From: Minisyncoccota bacterium
Lineage (GTDB): Bacteria; Patescibacteriota; Minisyncoccia; Phycocordibacterales; UBA1550
Reading direction: 5' to 3'
Assembly: GCA_041660105.1 (NCBI GenBank)
Contig: JBAZWZ010000001.1
Location: forward strand, 64,523 to 128,522
Length of the DNA: 64,000 nt
Each line of letters opens with the position of its first letter. The stretch's first letter is position 1. Position numbers and translations under genes: made by a program. The notes beneath the pieces were generated by a model. The model saw nothing but the letters and a program-made list of their open reading frames with translations. It made no database searches and was not told the DNA's origin. Shown here piece by piece: positions 20,148 through 29,359 of the stretch.

Positions 20148-20183
20148 ATAAAGAAAGGCGGGTTCACTTGCGCGACCCCGCCT
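20148..20183 (-). terminator. Intrinsic terminator (minus-strand orientation)
   Basis: ggcgggg…ccccgcc stem with a T-run on the minus strand. Confidence 0.55.
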
Positions 20184-20188
20184 TGATT

Positions 20189-20344
20189 TTATTCACCCTC
20201 TGGGAATGAATTGTTGAACATCGATGCGACGAGTTTGAAGCCCATCGCGAAATCCCACAGGAATCGTGCAACATAGTACACAACGATTCCAATAAGGGCA
20301 CACCACGATACGAACGAAAGTCCAAGAATAACAAACGGGTCCAT
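20189..20344 (-). CDS. Small hydrophobic peptide (51 aa)
   Basis: SD is GGAGAAAATCATG. The product is MDPFVILGLSFVSWCALIGIVVYYVARFLWDF…. It is not in the ORF track because it is under 60 aa. Confidence 0.45.
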   Translation of the reverse strand: MDPFVILGLSFVSWCALIGIVVYYVARFLWDFAMGFKLVASMFNNSFPEGE

Positions 20345-20439
20345 GATTTTCTCCTAAACGTTAACTAAAAACCTACCTGTCCATCGTAGCATATTACGTC
20401 GCACTTGTCAATATCTGTATTCCTTGCTATTATTAGCCT

Positions 20440-20886
20440 GTGGCCCTTATTTCGAACAAAAAAGCACACTTCAACTACGAGGTACTCGAGCGCTATCAGG
20501 CGGGTATCGAGCTTTTGGGTCCTGAAGTAAAGGCGCTACGTGCCACCCATGGGTCCTTAGAAGGCTCCCATGTGACCGTGCGTGGCGGAGAGGCATTTCT
20601 TATTGGCACGACCATAAACCCCTACCAAACGGGAAATGTGCCCAAAGGCTATGAGGCAATGCGTAACCGCCGCCTCCTCCTCACCAAGGACGAGATTGCA
20701 GAGCTCGGCGCACAGGAATCTAAGAAGGGATTGACAATAGTGCCTCTTTCAGTGTATAATAAAGGTCACAAACTCAAGGTGGAAATTGCAATTGTCCGTG
20801 GCAAAAAAGAGCACGACAAGCGCGAGACGATTAAAAAACGTGAAGCCTCGAGGGATGTGATGCGTGATATAAAGGACTTAAGGTAG
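20440..20886 (+). CDS. smpB: SsrA-binding protein SmpB
   Basis: Conserved SmpB N-terminus (KKAHFNYEVLERYQAGIELLGPEVK…). Confidence 0.9.
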   Translation: MALISNKKAHFNYEVLERYQAGIELLGPEVKALRATHGSLEGSHVTVRGGEAFLIGTTINPYQTGNVPKGYEAMRNRRLLLTKDEIAELGAQESKKGLTIVPLSVYNKGHKLKVEIAIVRGKKEHDKRETIKKREASRDVMRDIKDLR

Positions 20887-20906
20887 GACCTTCGCGCAAG
20901 AGAACT

Positions 20907-21194
20907 TTGACAATTAGACGTATGCCCTATTTTGTTTATATCCTTATGAGTGAGAAAGATGGTCGCCTTTATGTTGGTTGTACTCACGAAATTGAACAAC
21001 GCATCAAAAGACACATAAACGGCCTCGTTCCAGCAACTTCGAAAAGGCGACCTCTCGTGCACATTCACACTGAAGAATTTTCCGACAAAACAGAAGCTTT
21101 TAATCGTGAGAGATTTTTGAAAAGTCTGTGGGGAGCACGAGAGAAAAAGAAGATCGCTCAGGGATATATAAATAAAATAGGACATACGTCCTGA
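20907..21194 (+). CDS. GIY-YIG nuclease-domain protein
   Basis: YFVYIL…GRLYVGCT…R…H…N…E, the GIY-YIG core. Confidence 0.7.
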   Translation: MTIRRMPYFVYILMSEKDGRLYVGCTHEIEQRIKRHINGLVPATSKRRPLVHIHTEEFSDKTEAFNRERFLKSLWGAREKKKIAQGYINKIGHTS

Positions 21195-21197
21195 AAT

Positions 21198-21326
21198 GTT
21201 TTATGGCTAAACCGTTTTGTTTACAAAACGGTCGCCCGAACATTTTGAAGAAATTATGTTTTATGGCTAAAACAATTTGCTACCGCAAATTGTTCGCCCG
21301 AACAAATTTTTTCAAAATTTGTTTTA
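21198..21326. repeat. Two tandem about 60-bp units (GTTTTATGGCTAAA–hairpin–CGCCCGAACA) immediately upstream of ssrA
   Basis: Unit 1 hairpin is accgttttg ttta caaaacggt. Unit 2 hairpin is acaatttgc tacc gcaaattgt. The two hairpins have the same geometry but different sequence. The unit start GTTTTA recurs a third time at the tmRNA 5' end. Confidence 0.6.
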
Positions 21327-21327
21327 G

Positions 21328-21739
21328 GGGGATGACCGGCCTAGACAGGCGGTTCCCTCTTCCAAGTGCTATGCCGAGAATGCTCGAGACCTCGTAAACT
21401 TTCGAGCACCAACCTAGTTGCAAAAAACAACCTCGTTGCAAAAGCCAAGGCTATCGTATCACCATATTTTGGTGCTAACGCCTTCGCTCCTGCTTACGCT
21501 CTCGTAGCCTAAACAGCATGCGCCCTCGACACGCCCACAAGGCGAGATGCGCGTGATATACCAAAGTGGGCTCATTGCTTTGAATGTCTCTACAAAGTGA
21601 AACACCATAGAGAATCGACAGTTTGTGATTTAGGATATTTTATACACAAACTGTCTAAACCCAAAAGAAGTATCCTATGCATAGTAGACTCTCTGAAGAG
21701 CATCGTCTGCACGGGGGTTCGATTCCCCCCATCTCCACA
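21328..21739 (+). ncRNA. ssrA: tmRNA (ssrA)
   Basis: The 5' GGGGATG pairs with the 3' CATCTCC-A-CA. The T-arm is GGGGGTTCGATTCCCCC. A UGCCGAG…CCUCGUAAA PK1-like region is present. A tag ORF at 21474..21512 ends in TAA and encodes about ANAFAPAYALVA. The gene lies 440 bp downstream of smpB. Confidence 0.75.
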
Positions 21740-23289
21740 TCGTGGGAGTTTGTACATACAAACTCCTCAAAAAGTCTTACAGCACTAGGGAGGTTATCGG
21801 TTCGATAGCCTTCCTTTTTGCTATATGCCAACTTTTCTTCAAAAATGAAAAAATAGAGTCTTTGTTTTTCAAGAACATCAACGGAGTTCCATATCTTGTA
21901 TGGGCTTTCAAGTAGCCCGACGACTTTCTCTACTGCGGTTCGATAAGGGATCGACAAGTCGAGCGCATCAACGCTAACATGATTTAGACTTTCTAATTCA
22001 GTGGCAATATCTTCAAGTTGTTTTTCGTATGCTCTTTTTACTGCTTCCTGTTTCGCACCAATAACCAAGTCTGTTAGTTCTTTAATCTTTGTCTCGAGAC
22101 CTTGTTTGTATTTCTGCTCAGTCGTCTCTGCTTTACGAATTTCTCCAACTTCTTCACTCCAAACGCTATCAAAAACCTTTCTTACAACCAAACCAACTTC
22201 TCCTCGCAAGCCCTGCTTCTTCAAAAGAGCCGAGAATGCACTTTCCATTTTCTCTTTCTTTATTGATTTACCTTTCTGAGAACAAGAAGTGTTCTGGCAG
22301 AAGTAGTACGGGTATTTTTCATTTCTTCCTTTTGTCCACGCACCCGTAAGAGGCTTGTTGCATTCAGCGCACACATGAAGACCACGCAGTGGAAAGTCTT
22401 CTGAGATATCCATGCGTATTCTCTTATTTAATCCTTCGGACTTTAGCCTTCTTTGATTTGCTTCATATGTTTCTAGCGAGATTATTGCTTCGTGGTGCCC
22501 CTTCCTTCGTGCAACTTCCCACTGAGGGTATTCTATAAATCCAGCAAAAAACGGATCGGATAGAATTGCGGAAAACTTATCAATATACCTTTCGGCAGAC
22601 TGTTTCCCCCAAAACTTATTTTTAACAAGGTATCTACAAGCATCAATCTTCCTAACAAAGACACCAGTCGAAAAACCTTCTAATGCTGTCTTGAGTAATA
22701 CTGCTTCCGTTTTGTGAGGGACGGCAAACTTGCCATGGAGAGGGTCATCGATTATTGTGTATCCCTTCTTTCCACCAAACGTCCAGTACCCTGCATCAAG
22801 ACGGGCTTTCATTTTCTGAACAACTTGGCGTTTATTCTGTTGCCTTTCAAGCTGACCTTGAGCAGCAAGAATTGTTTCAACAAACTCACCCTCTGCTGTA
22901 TCTTCAAAATTGAAATTAAGACACTCTGGTTTTACTTCACGTCCCTTTAGTGCTGTTCGCAATTTAATATGCGCCTGAGTATCCCTCGCAAGTCGTTTCA
23001 AATCATCAAAAATAACGACAAATTGCGTGTGTGGTTTTTCATCAAGGTATTTTATTAACTGTGCCATTGCTGGGCGATCCATAAAATCGCCTCCGCCAGT
23101 AAAACTATCCCTAAATACTTTCTCAACAACATAACCTTGGCGAGATGCGTGTTCACGACAACGTTGCTCCTGCCCATCCAACCCGTGCCCCTCAACTGCC
23201 TGACGCTCAGAAGAGACACGACAGTAGATAAGTGCTCTTTCGTATTTACCATTACTTTTCCTCAGGATACTTTTATTTGCCTTAGTCAT
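21655..23289 (-). CDS. Large serine recombinase (resolvase N-domain + recombinase domain + zinc ribbon + coiled coil)
   Basis: The catalytic motif is ALIYCRVSSERQ. DxxRLxR and a CxxC…C zinc ribbon are present. The protein is 544 aa. The 3' end of the ORF overlaps the tmRNA 3' end by about 83 nt. Confidence 0.85.
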   Translation of the reverse strand: MTKANKSILRKSNGKYERALIYCRVSSERQAVEGHGLDGQEQRCREHASRQGYVVEKVFRDSFTGGGDFMDRPAMAQLIKYLDEKPHTQFVVIFDDLKRLARDTQAHIKLRTALKGREVKPECLNFNFEDTAEGEFVETILAAQGQLERQQNKRQVVQKMKARLDAGYWTFGGKKGYTIIDDPLHGKFAVPHKTEAVLLKTALEGFSTGVFVRKIDACRYLVKNKFWGKQSAERYIDKFSAILSDPFFAGFIEYPQWEVARRKGHHEAIISLETYEANQRRLKSEGLNKRIRMDISEDFPLRGLHVCAECNKPLTGAWTKGRNEKYPYYFCQNTSCSQKGKSIKKEKMESAFSALLKKQGLRGEVGLVVRKVFDSVWSEEVGEIRKAETTEQKYKQGLETKIKELTDLVIGAKQEAVKRAYEKQLEDIATELESLNHVSVDALDLSIPYRTAVEKVVGLLESPYKIWNSVDVLEKQRLYFFIFEEKLAYSKKEGYRTDNLPSAVRLFEEFVCTNSHDVEMGGIEPPCRRCSSESLLCIGYFFWV

Positions 23290-23311
23290 GTTCTTAAGCT
23301 ATTTACTATTT

Positions 23312-23590
23312 CTATTTCTTGATGAAGCTATGTAACTCGTTCCTTACTACATTCCTACAGAGAGCTTCGATGTATTGCAACCTCTTTATGATTTGCTCAT
23401 CGGAGCTCACATCATCAGAAAGCAATTCACGATACTTTTGTATACCCACTATAGTTGTCGCTTCTCTATTTTGTTCCGAATTAGTTTTATAGTCAACAGA
23501 AGAAAATCTTTCAAGAGAAATTTCTTGTTTATACTCTGCCTCCGCATTAGGCTTGTCATGTTCTGTATTTGTCTTTTTAAGTACCTCCAT
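23312..23590 (-). CDS. Hypothetical protein
   Basis: 92 aa, lying 22 nt upstream of the recombinase gene. Confidence 0.4.
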   Translation of the reverse strand: MEVLKKTNTEHDKPNAEAEYKQEISLERFSSVDYKTNSEQNREATTIVGIQKYRELLSDDVSSDEQIIKRLQYIEALCRNVVRNELHSFIKK

Positions 23591-23602
23591 ACGTATGTAG
23601 GG

Positions 23603-23638
23603 GTAATAAAATATCCTTCCCCATTAGGGGAAGGATAT
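23603..23638 (-). terminator. Intrinsic terminator (minus)
   Basis: atatccttcccc atta ggggaaggatat with a T-run on the minus strand. Confidence 0.55.
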
Positions 23639-23668
23639 CAATAAGGTCGTTTGCAAATGTTTGCAGAC

Positions 23669-24397
23669 TTATTCTTTTTTTAGATATTGAGGATTAATAT
23701 TTATCTTTTTTGTCGTGTGTTCGATAAAATCCTGTATTCCAGTAGCAACTTCGATTGTAGTATTCAATTTATACGCTGGGTCGTAAAATCTATTTTTAGG
23801 GATATCACCAATATCCATTTCAGCTCCCTCCCAATCTTCTACTAATTCATCGGTAGACCATACTTTATATGGATCTTTTATAAGTGTTGCGAGTAAACGT
23901 ATTTGATTATTTTCTGAACCAATTCTTTTCCCTAATATAATCTGAGTGCCACCAATAGTAAGAATTCCCCGCTCTGAGTCAAAGCCTTCAAAATATGGAA
24001 TTTTTATTTGCTGGTTAATTTCCTCTAGTAATCCAGCGTGAAACAGCCTTGTTGCTGAACGTGCATATCGCAAATCTGAAAATGTCATCGGAAACCCATA
24101 TTTTGAGGGTCTCCCTACGAACATACTGTTCATATCTGCCCACACTATATCTATTGGATTATAATTTTCATCCCAAACTTTCCTTAACCCCTTATATAAA
24201 TTGAAGATAGTAGCAATAGTCATTGACGGTTTATTTGTCATTACTTTTCGTGCTTTTGTCTTCAAAAATGGGGTGTCCTCAATATACTGCAGGTAGTCCA
24301 TAAGCCCAGCAAGAAAATCCTTTGCGGTTTCATTTTTATAAAGTAAATCAAATTTAACTTTTAATTCTTCTATTTCGGTTTTTTCTTGAGAGTACAT
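23669..24397 (-). CDS. Hypothetical protein with C-terminal OmpR/PhoB-like winged-helix
   Basis: The C-terminal IRLLATLIKDPYKVWSTDELVEDW resembles the trans_reg_C recognition helix and wing. Confidence 0.4.
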   Translation of the reverse strand: MYSQEKTEIEELKVKFDLLYKNETAKDFLAGLMDYLQYIEDTPFLKTKARKVMTNKPSMTIATIFNLYKGLRKVWDENYNPIDIVWADMNSMFVGRPSKYGFPMTFSDLRYARSATRLFHAGLLEEINQQIKIPYFEGFDSERGILTIGGTQIILGKRIGSENNQIRLLATLIKDPYKVWSTDELVEDWEGAEMDIGDIPKNRFYDPAYKLNTTIEVATGIQDFIEHTTKKININPQYLKKE

Positions 24398-24408
24398 TGC
24401 ATTAGTAC

Positions 24409-25269
24409 TTATCTTGCAGGGTTAATATTCATCGACTTTATATTTTGCTCTCGATTACGACGCTTCTGTCCTTCATCCTCAGCTAACACCTGTTTTATAA
24501 CGCTTATATTTTTATTCTCCAACATTAAAAGAAACTTTTCCAGCATATCGATACTCACAACATCAATAAGAAAATACTCATTACGTCCCACTCTGTCTTT
24601 GTCTACATATGCATAGTTTATTTCTAGTTGAAACGGCTCAGTTATCTGCTCTACTTTTTCTGTCCCATCATCCATATTTGTACAATAAAAATGGTCGAAG
24701 GAATTTACTACTATTATTGGGTACGGTACGCGACGAAGGACATTACTATTTCGTGGATCCTTTGGGAAAATGTCATTTCTGCCTCTGTAATAGACTAGCG
24801 CATTAAGATTTTGATTAATTGCCTTATTCATCAATTCACTATCCTCATTGCGACTTTTCTCAGATGAAAACAATTTTGCCACAGGGACGTCATCAAGATA
24901 ATGTAACTGCATAATTCTAGTATTCTTTCTAGGATGCTCCATCCCTGTATCCACCATTGTTCTTTCTATCGCCCTAGAGATATTTTTATTATCAAACCAA
25001 AAAATTGTATCCCCATTGATATACTTACACTCAATAAAAAGTTCAATGTTTAATTCTCCCAGGTGGTCGTTGAGATACTCATTTACATCAAATTCCTTCC
25101 TAGCGATAATATCAATTTCGCGTGGCTTATCAGTAAAATTATCGCTGTAATATGGGCTAACTAGAGCTATCCACTCTTGATGACGGAGAAGGTTCACAAC
25201 CCGAGAATGAAAGCCGTTACCACTTTTTTCCATTATCTCTTCAACTGCTGTTTTCTTTTTTCCTGTCAT
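24409..25269 (-). CDS. PD-(D/E)xK nuclease, Mrr-cat-like N-terminal domain plus unknown C-terminal domain
   Basis: GFHSRVVNLLRHQEW…REIDIIARKEF…ELFIECKY matches the G..FE…D.GiDi…QcK pattern of Mrr_cat. Its ATG overlaps the upstream stop (TAATG). Confidence 0.5.
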   Translation of the reverse strand: MTGKKKTAVEEIMEKSGNGFHSRVVNLLRHQEWIALVSPYYSDNFTDKPREIDIIARKEFDVNEYLNDHLGELNIELFIECKYINGDTIFWFDNKNISRAIERTMVDTGMEHPRKNTRIMQLHYLDDVPVAKLFSSEKSRNEDSELMNKAINQNLNALVYYRGRNDIFPKDPRNSNVLRRVPYPIIVVNSFDHFYCTNMDDGTEKVEQITEPFQLEINYAYVDKDRVGRNEYFLIDVVSIDMLEKFLLMLENKNISVIKQVLAEDEGQKRRNREQNIKSMNINPAR

Positions 25270-25952
25270 TATATTTTTTTAATCTTAAAATGCTCGGAGA
25301 ACATAGTCTCTTCGTCCGGAGCCCACCCACCATCAATTTCTATACTAAAACGGTTAATTACTGGTTCAGTATTCTCGCCTGTAATAAGTATTTCAAATTC
25401 GTAGACTCCTGTGGGTATAACGTTTGAAAACTTTTCGATCTGTGGGTCTCCAACATTATTAGTTGCCACATTTAGAACCCACCCACCACCATCTTTATTA
25501 TCACAGTAAACGCCTATGTCACAAAATCTAACTGTTCCCTGAGCAAAGTCAGCTCTTATCAATTGCTCTTTTCTCTTGCCACTCCATAAAAGATTTGCTG
25601 GCAAAAAATGTGGCCACACCTTCTTAGCAGAACCCTCTAGTGTCCATATTTTTGAAACAAAGACCTCAATATTTTTTGCAGGCTTTCCTCCTGTGTGTTC
25701 AACTCGAAACCTAATATCTGCACTTGTAAAAATATCTTCATATCTTTCATCCATGATACCCTCCCAATCACAATCAACAGAAAAACTATAGATAGGATCC
25801 AAAGACACATCAAACCGAGCTTTATTATTCTTTGGCTGCCACCAGTCTTTATAAAATGCATAGAACAAGGAAAAGAGAACCGCTCCAACAGTTCCTATTG
25901 CAGTAAGTATATCAGTTAAAGACGTCTGGTTTGAAAAAATAATTGTTGTCAT
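25269..25952 (-). CDS. Single-pass membrane protein, unknown function
   Basis: It has an N-terminal TM followed by a soluble domain of about 190 aa. It is translationally coupled to the nuclease gene. Confidence 0.45.
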   Translation of the reverse strand: MTTIIFSNQTSLTDILTAIGTVGAVLFSLFYAFYKDWWQPKNNKARFDVSLDPIYSFSVDCDWEGIMDERYEDIFTSADIRFRVEHTGGKPAKNIEVFVSKIWTLEGSAKKVWPHFLPANLLWSGKRKEQLIRADFAQGTVRFCDIGVYCDNKDGGGWVLNVATNNVGDPQIEKFSNVIPTGVYEFEILITGENTEPVINRFSIEIDGGWAPDEETMFSEHFKIKKI

Positions 25953-25960
25953 ATTCTTTT

Positions 25961-26572
25961 CTATATTCTCCCCTCCTTTGCACTCCGAAGCTCCGACAGT
26001 GAGAAAACAGATTGCTTGCTTACCACCTTATCTTTCTTGCCGTAAATCTCAGGCATTAGACGCTCAGCGAGAAACATGGCTGTCTTCATTTTCACTTTAA
26101 GGAGCTCTGGGTTCTCTTGGAGAATAAGGGAACCATCTTCTTTCTGTATTACTTTCCCAGACCTATCTCGAAGGGGGATATCAGTCCTAAGCTTGATGGT
26201 CCTATAAAAGTGTTTTTCAAGTTCACAGAGCATTCTTTTCTTCTTTTCCTCATTATTTCTAGTGCGATAAGTCTCTCGAGCCCTATCCAAAACATCACGT
26301 AAAACCTCCTCAGTTTCTGGGATTATCGTCCCACGCTTAACCCAGCTATTCACTGTATTAGACGATAAAATACAGGCTTTATAGCAACCCTCAACCTGAA
26401 CCATTACCTCTATCTTTCCTGATGGAGGGAACAGAGATTTACCAGAAAGTATCAACTGCATTAGCGCACTAGCGACTTCTTTAGACAGGGAAACATCCGA
26501 ACGTTGACGCATGTTGTTCCCCCTTATTGTTGCGGGCTTCAAGCCGTTTTTTGCTAGGCTTTTCACACCCAT
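25961..26572 (-). CDS. Protein with excisionase/AlpA-like HTH (HTH_17) N-terminus
   Basis: CYKACILSSNTVNSWVKRGTIIP matches the HTH_17 pattern. It is the first gene of the A-B-C-D operon. Confidence 0.4.
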   Translation of the reverse strand: MGVKSLAKNGLKPATIRGNNMRQRSDVSLSKEVASALMQLILSGKSLFPPSGKIEVMVQVEGCYKACILSSNTVNSWVKRGTIIPETEEVLRDVLDRARETYRTRNNEEKKKRMLCELEKHFYRTIKLRTDIPLRDRSGKVIQKEDGSLILQENPELLKVKMKTAMFLAERLMPEIYGKKDKVVSKQSVFSLSELRSAKEGRI

Positions 26573-26691
26573 ATTTTACCATATTTCAACACTCTCCCCT
26601 ATCCAACTTCCGCTTTAAGAGAACCGTGCCGTACAGGGCTTTTTGAGCCCATTTGAAGGCATTCCCTCAGTACACCTAGAGAGCATCTAAC

Positions 26692-27165
26692 CTACAAGAC
26701 TTTTAAGCAATAATTCATCCCCTCGCTTTGTGTCTTAAACTTTCGCCAAGACCCATCTTCAAAAATGCCATAGTACCCAGAGCTTGCCGTTCCTCGATAC
26801 TCAACCCTCTTTAGACAATTTACTTCGCCAACTGTCTTGTCGTCATATATTACCCACGCAAGTAGTACAATAAAAATGGTAGCCATAATTAACAATATTT
26901 TCTTTTTTCTTCCTGCTTTAGGCGCTTTGTTGATAGGATCCGCACACTCTTGTTCTTTATTCCCCGTAAATGGGAAGAATGCGAAGAAAAGCGCAAAAGG
27001 ACCCATGGTCAACGCAAGTGGTACCATGTCCGCAAAATCCATCAAATACAGAACAGGAACACAAAGAAGTAACACGACTCCGTACCCAAACAAAACTAAA
27101 CTTATGGGGTGTTTGTCGCCAAACCATTCGTTCATTTTCTTCGTAAATTTAGTGCTGATATTCAT
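26692..27165 (-). CDS. Hypothetical polytopic membrane protein
   Basis: 157 aa with 3–4 TM segments. It is divergent from the XRE regulator. Confidence 0.4.
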   Translation of the reverse strand: MNISTKFTKKMNEWFGDKHPISLVLFGYGVVLLLCVPVLYLMDFADMVPLALTMGPFALFFAFFPFTGNKEQECADPINKAPKAGRKKKILLIMATIFIVLLAWVIYDDKTVGEVNCLKRVEYRGTASSGYYGIFEDGSWRKFKTQSEGMNYCLKVL

Positions 27166-27244
27166 AGTTTATATTTTAACTGATATGACAACTATAGTTG
27201 GTAGAATGATAACTGTCAAATATCTATACTTGAGCTTATACGCC

Positions 27245-27454
27245 ATGTCTCAAGTAATCATCAAAAAATTCAGCAAAAAACTCCGAGAGGAGCGCCTGAA
27301 CCGTAATCTCTCACAAGAGACTCTCGCCCAAAAAGCGAAGTTAAGCCGCAACTTTATTGGTATGCTCGAAAGGGGCGAACGAAATGTTACCATTTCAGCC
27401 CTTGAGAATATCGCACGTGCACTGAATATGGAGCCTTGGGAGTTGCTGAAATAA
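27245..27454 (+). CDS. XRE-family HTH transcriptional regulator (Cro/CI-like)
   Basis: LSQETLAQKAKLSRNFIGMLERGERNVTISALENIARAL. The true start is ATG at 27245; the longer ORF in the track is an artefact. Confidence 0.8.
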   Translation: MSQVIIKKFSKKLREERLNRNLSQETLAQKAKLSRNFIGMLERGERNVTISALENIARALNMEPWELLK

Positions 27455-27648
27455 CAGCATCCTCGTTAGCTTACGGTTGACAATATCCATTAAACAGGTA
27501 GTATGCGTGATTACAGAGAGAATAAGTTATGCACAGCCACTACTCTATACAGAGAAGTCATACTGCTGGTATAATAAATGTAATTGATTGAGGGTCGAGA
27601 AATATCTCTTATTTTGATTAGGGGGGATTTCCCAACCCTTGAGTTGGT

Positions 27649-27677
27649 AAAACAAAAGCTCCCCTTTCGGAGAGCAA
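27649..27677 (-). terminator. Intrinsic terminator (minus)
   Basis: gctcccc tttc ggagagc with a T-run on the minus strand. Confidence 0.5.
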
Positions 27678-27696
27678 TTGTTTTTGAAGATTTTAC

Positions 27697-27867
27697 TTAG
27701 TCGGTTTGATCTTCCAGCAAATTGTCGTCCTTGGAGCTTTCCTCGGGCGGCTTTTTGCTTTTATACTCGTCCATTGTAAATGGGGGTGCCCAACTTCCGT
27801 TGAAGTGTTGACACCAGACTAAACCATGTTTGAAGTCTGGACGGCAAAATGCGAATTTCGTGTTCAT
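27697..27867 (-). CDS. Small HCH…WCQH(F/Y)NGSW protein (56 aa), paralog of 30724..30873
   Basis: MNTKFAFCRPDFKHGLVWCQHFNGSWAPPF aligns with MMSKFIHCHPSGKLMWCQHYNGSWVAFPI. Confidence 0.5.
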   Translation of the reverse strand: MNTKFAFCRPDFKHGLVWCQHFNGSWAPPFTMDEYKSKKPPEESSKDDNLLEDQTD

Positions 27868-28328
27868 AATGAGCATTAATTCTACACTTATATTTTTAAT
27901 TTTTTCTCTTACTCGATCGCAAGATGCTTGCATGCCAGTGTGCGCATGTAGGGTAATTCTAGATATTGCACAGTATCCAGACAAACAAAAACTCGTACAT
28001 CAATAAAGCGACATCAAGAGTTTAAGGCAGTTCATTGAACAGCATTATTCTCTTTGATTGCTACATCAAGATTTCTCTTGATGGCGCTTTACTAGGTACG
28101 AGTTTCTGTAAACGATTAAAACTTATAATGCTAATAATGAAGCTTTCTTAAATACACCTTGATGTAGCTCCTATATTATATTCCACCGAGCAACAAAGTG
28201 CAAATCAATCAGAGCAGAACACCACAAGAACGACAAAATGTACATAGTCGGACTAGGGTCATTGGTGTGGCTGTTTTGAATTACTGATATACTCTAGGTA
28301 CCAACGCGTATTAATCGTAATCCAAACA

Positions 28329-29051
28329 ATGAGTAACGCAACAGAAAAACCATTCGGAATTAGAGGTACCCTTTTCCCAAAGGGTACCTTCAAGGACGTA
28401 TCAAATGATATACTCCACAACGACATGCTTATCTCAATTCATGATGAGATTATTGAGGTTGGATTTAATATAGAAGAAGACAGGACACGCGCCGAAAAGA
28501 TTGCTCGGGATTATATTGCATCCTGGTCGTTTCGTAACAATACAAAAGCTACATCGGATTTTTGCCAATCTTGGAAGCCAGACGTCAACGGTAATAAAGT
28601 TATAGAACTAAACCTACACGAGGATCTTGGGGTGAGTGACCACCACATAGTGACAACTACTGTTACAATAAAAGGATTAAGTTACGTAATTAAACCACTG
28701 GGCGACAGCTATAGTTTCGAGAACGACGCAGATATACTTAATAAAAAAAATGGTGATGAAACTTTGTCTTTGGTTTTACAATACTACCACAATGAAGTAA
28801 TGGGGGCAGACCGTCCAAAAGTTGGAGTTTATAGAATTATAGAAAAACTCATGCACGAGGTCGGTGGCGAGGAACCCTTATCAAAGATGGTGGGGGAGAG
28901 CAAGAAGTATGTCAATGAGATAAAGCAATCGACTCAAGAACATCGACATTCTTTAGGATTAGCAAACGGAGCAAAAGCAATTATAAGCCAAGAAGAGTGC
29001 ATCAACAGAACTAGAAAATTAATACAAGCATACATTGATAGCCTAATCTAA
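28329..29051 (+). CDS. Hypothetical protein
   Basis: 240 aa with no recognised motif. Confidence 0.4.
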   Translation: MSNATEKPFGIRGTLFPKGTFKDVSNDILHNDMLISIHDEIIEVGFNIEEDRTRAEKIARDYIASWSFRNNTKATSDFCQSWKPDVNGNKVIELNLHEDLGVSDHHIVTTTVTIKGLSYVIKPLGDSYSFENDADILNKKNGDETLSLVLQYYHNEVMGADRPKVGVYRIIEKLMHEVGGEEPLSKMVGESKKYVNEIKQSTQEHRHSLGLANGAKAIISQEECINRTRKLIQAYIDSLI

Positions 29052-29062
29052 AAATGTAACTA

Positions 29063-29341
29063 TTAATTCAAGCGATACTCAACTCCCCTCTCTGGGATTT
29101 CGGGGTATTCAGGATGATTTTCCCGAACATCACTCCACTCAACCGCATCAAGCACAGCATTACCGTGACAATCATCATAGGGGCAAAGCTGTATCGGTTC
29201 TTCTCCTCTAAATACTTCTTCGGGCTTTTGCAACTTATATTCCTTACAAGGATACGCGCGTTCACAGTGAATACAATAAAGATATTCGCCATCTTTACAT
29301 TCACAGTCTTTTAACATTTTCTCTCTGTCGGTTTTAATCAT
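29063..29341 (-). CDS. Small Cys-rich (zinc-finger-like) protein
   Basis: CECKDGEYLYCIHC…CK…CPYDDCH. Confidence 0.4.
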   Translation of the reverse strand: MIKTDREKMLKDCECKDGEYLYCIHCERAYPCKEYKLQKPEEVFRGEEPIQLCPYDDCHGNAVLDAVEWSDVRENHPEYPEIPERGVEYRLN

Positions 29342-29359
29342 ATATTTATTATTTACTAT

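Noticed and set aside
21198-21326. Possibility that tandem repeats (here, 30150..30385 and 58001..58230) are CRISPR arrays.
   Set aside because: Each has only two units with no unique spacers of regular length. The units are 60–100 bp and no cas genes are present.
21203-21788. Plus-strand ORFs 21203..21397 and 21597..21788.
   Set aside because: They lie inside the tandem repeat and tmRNA gene, where the RNA-gene and repeat interpretations explain the sequence, and they have no SD.
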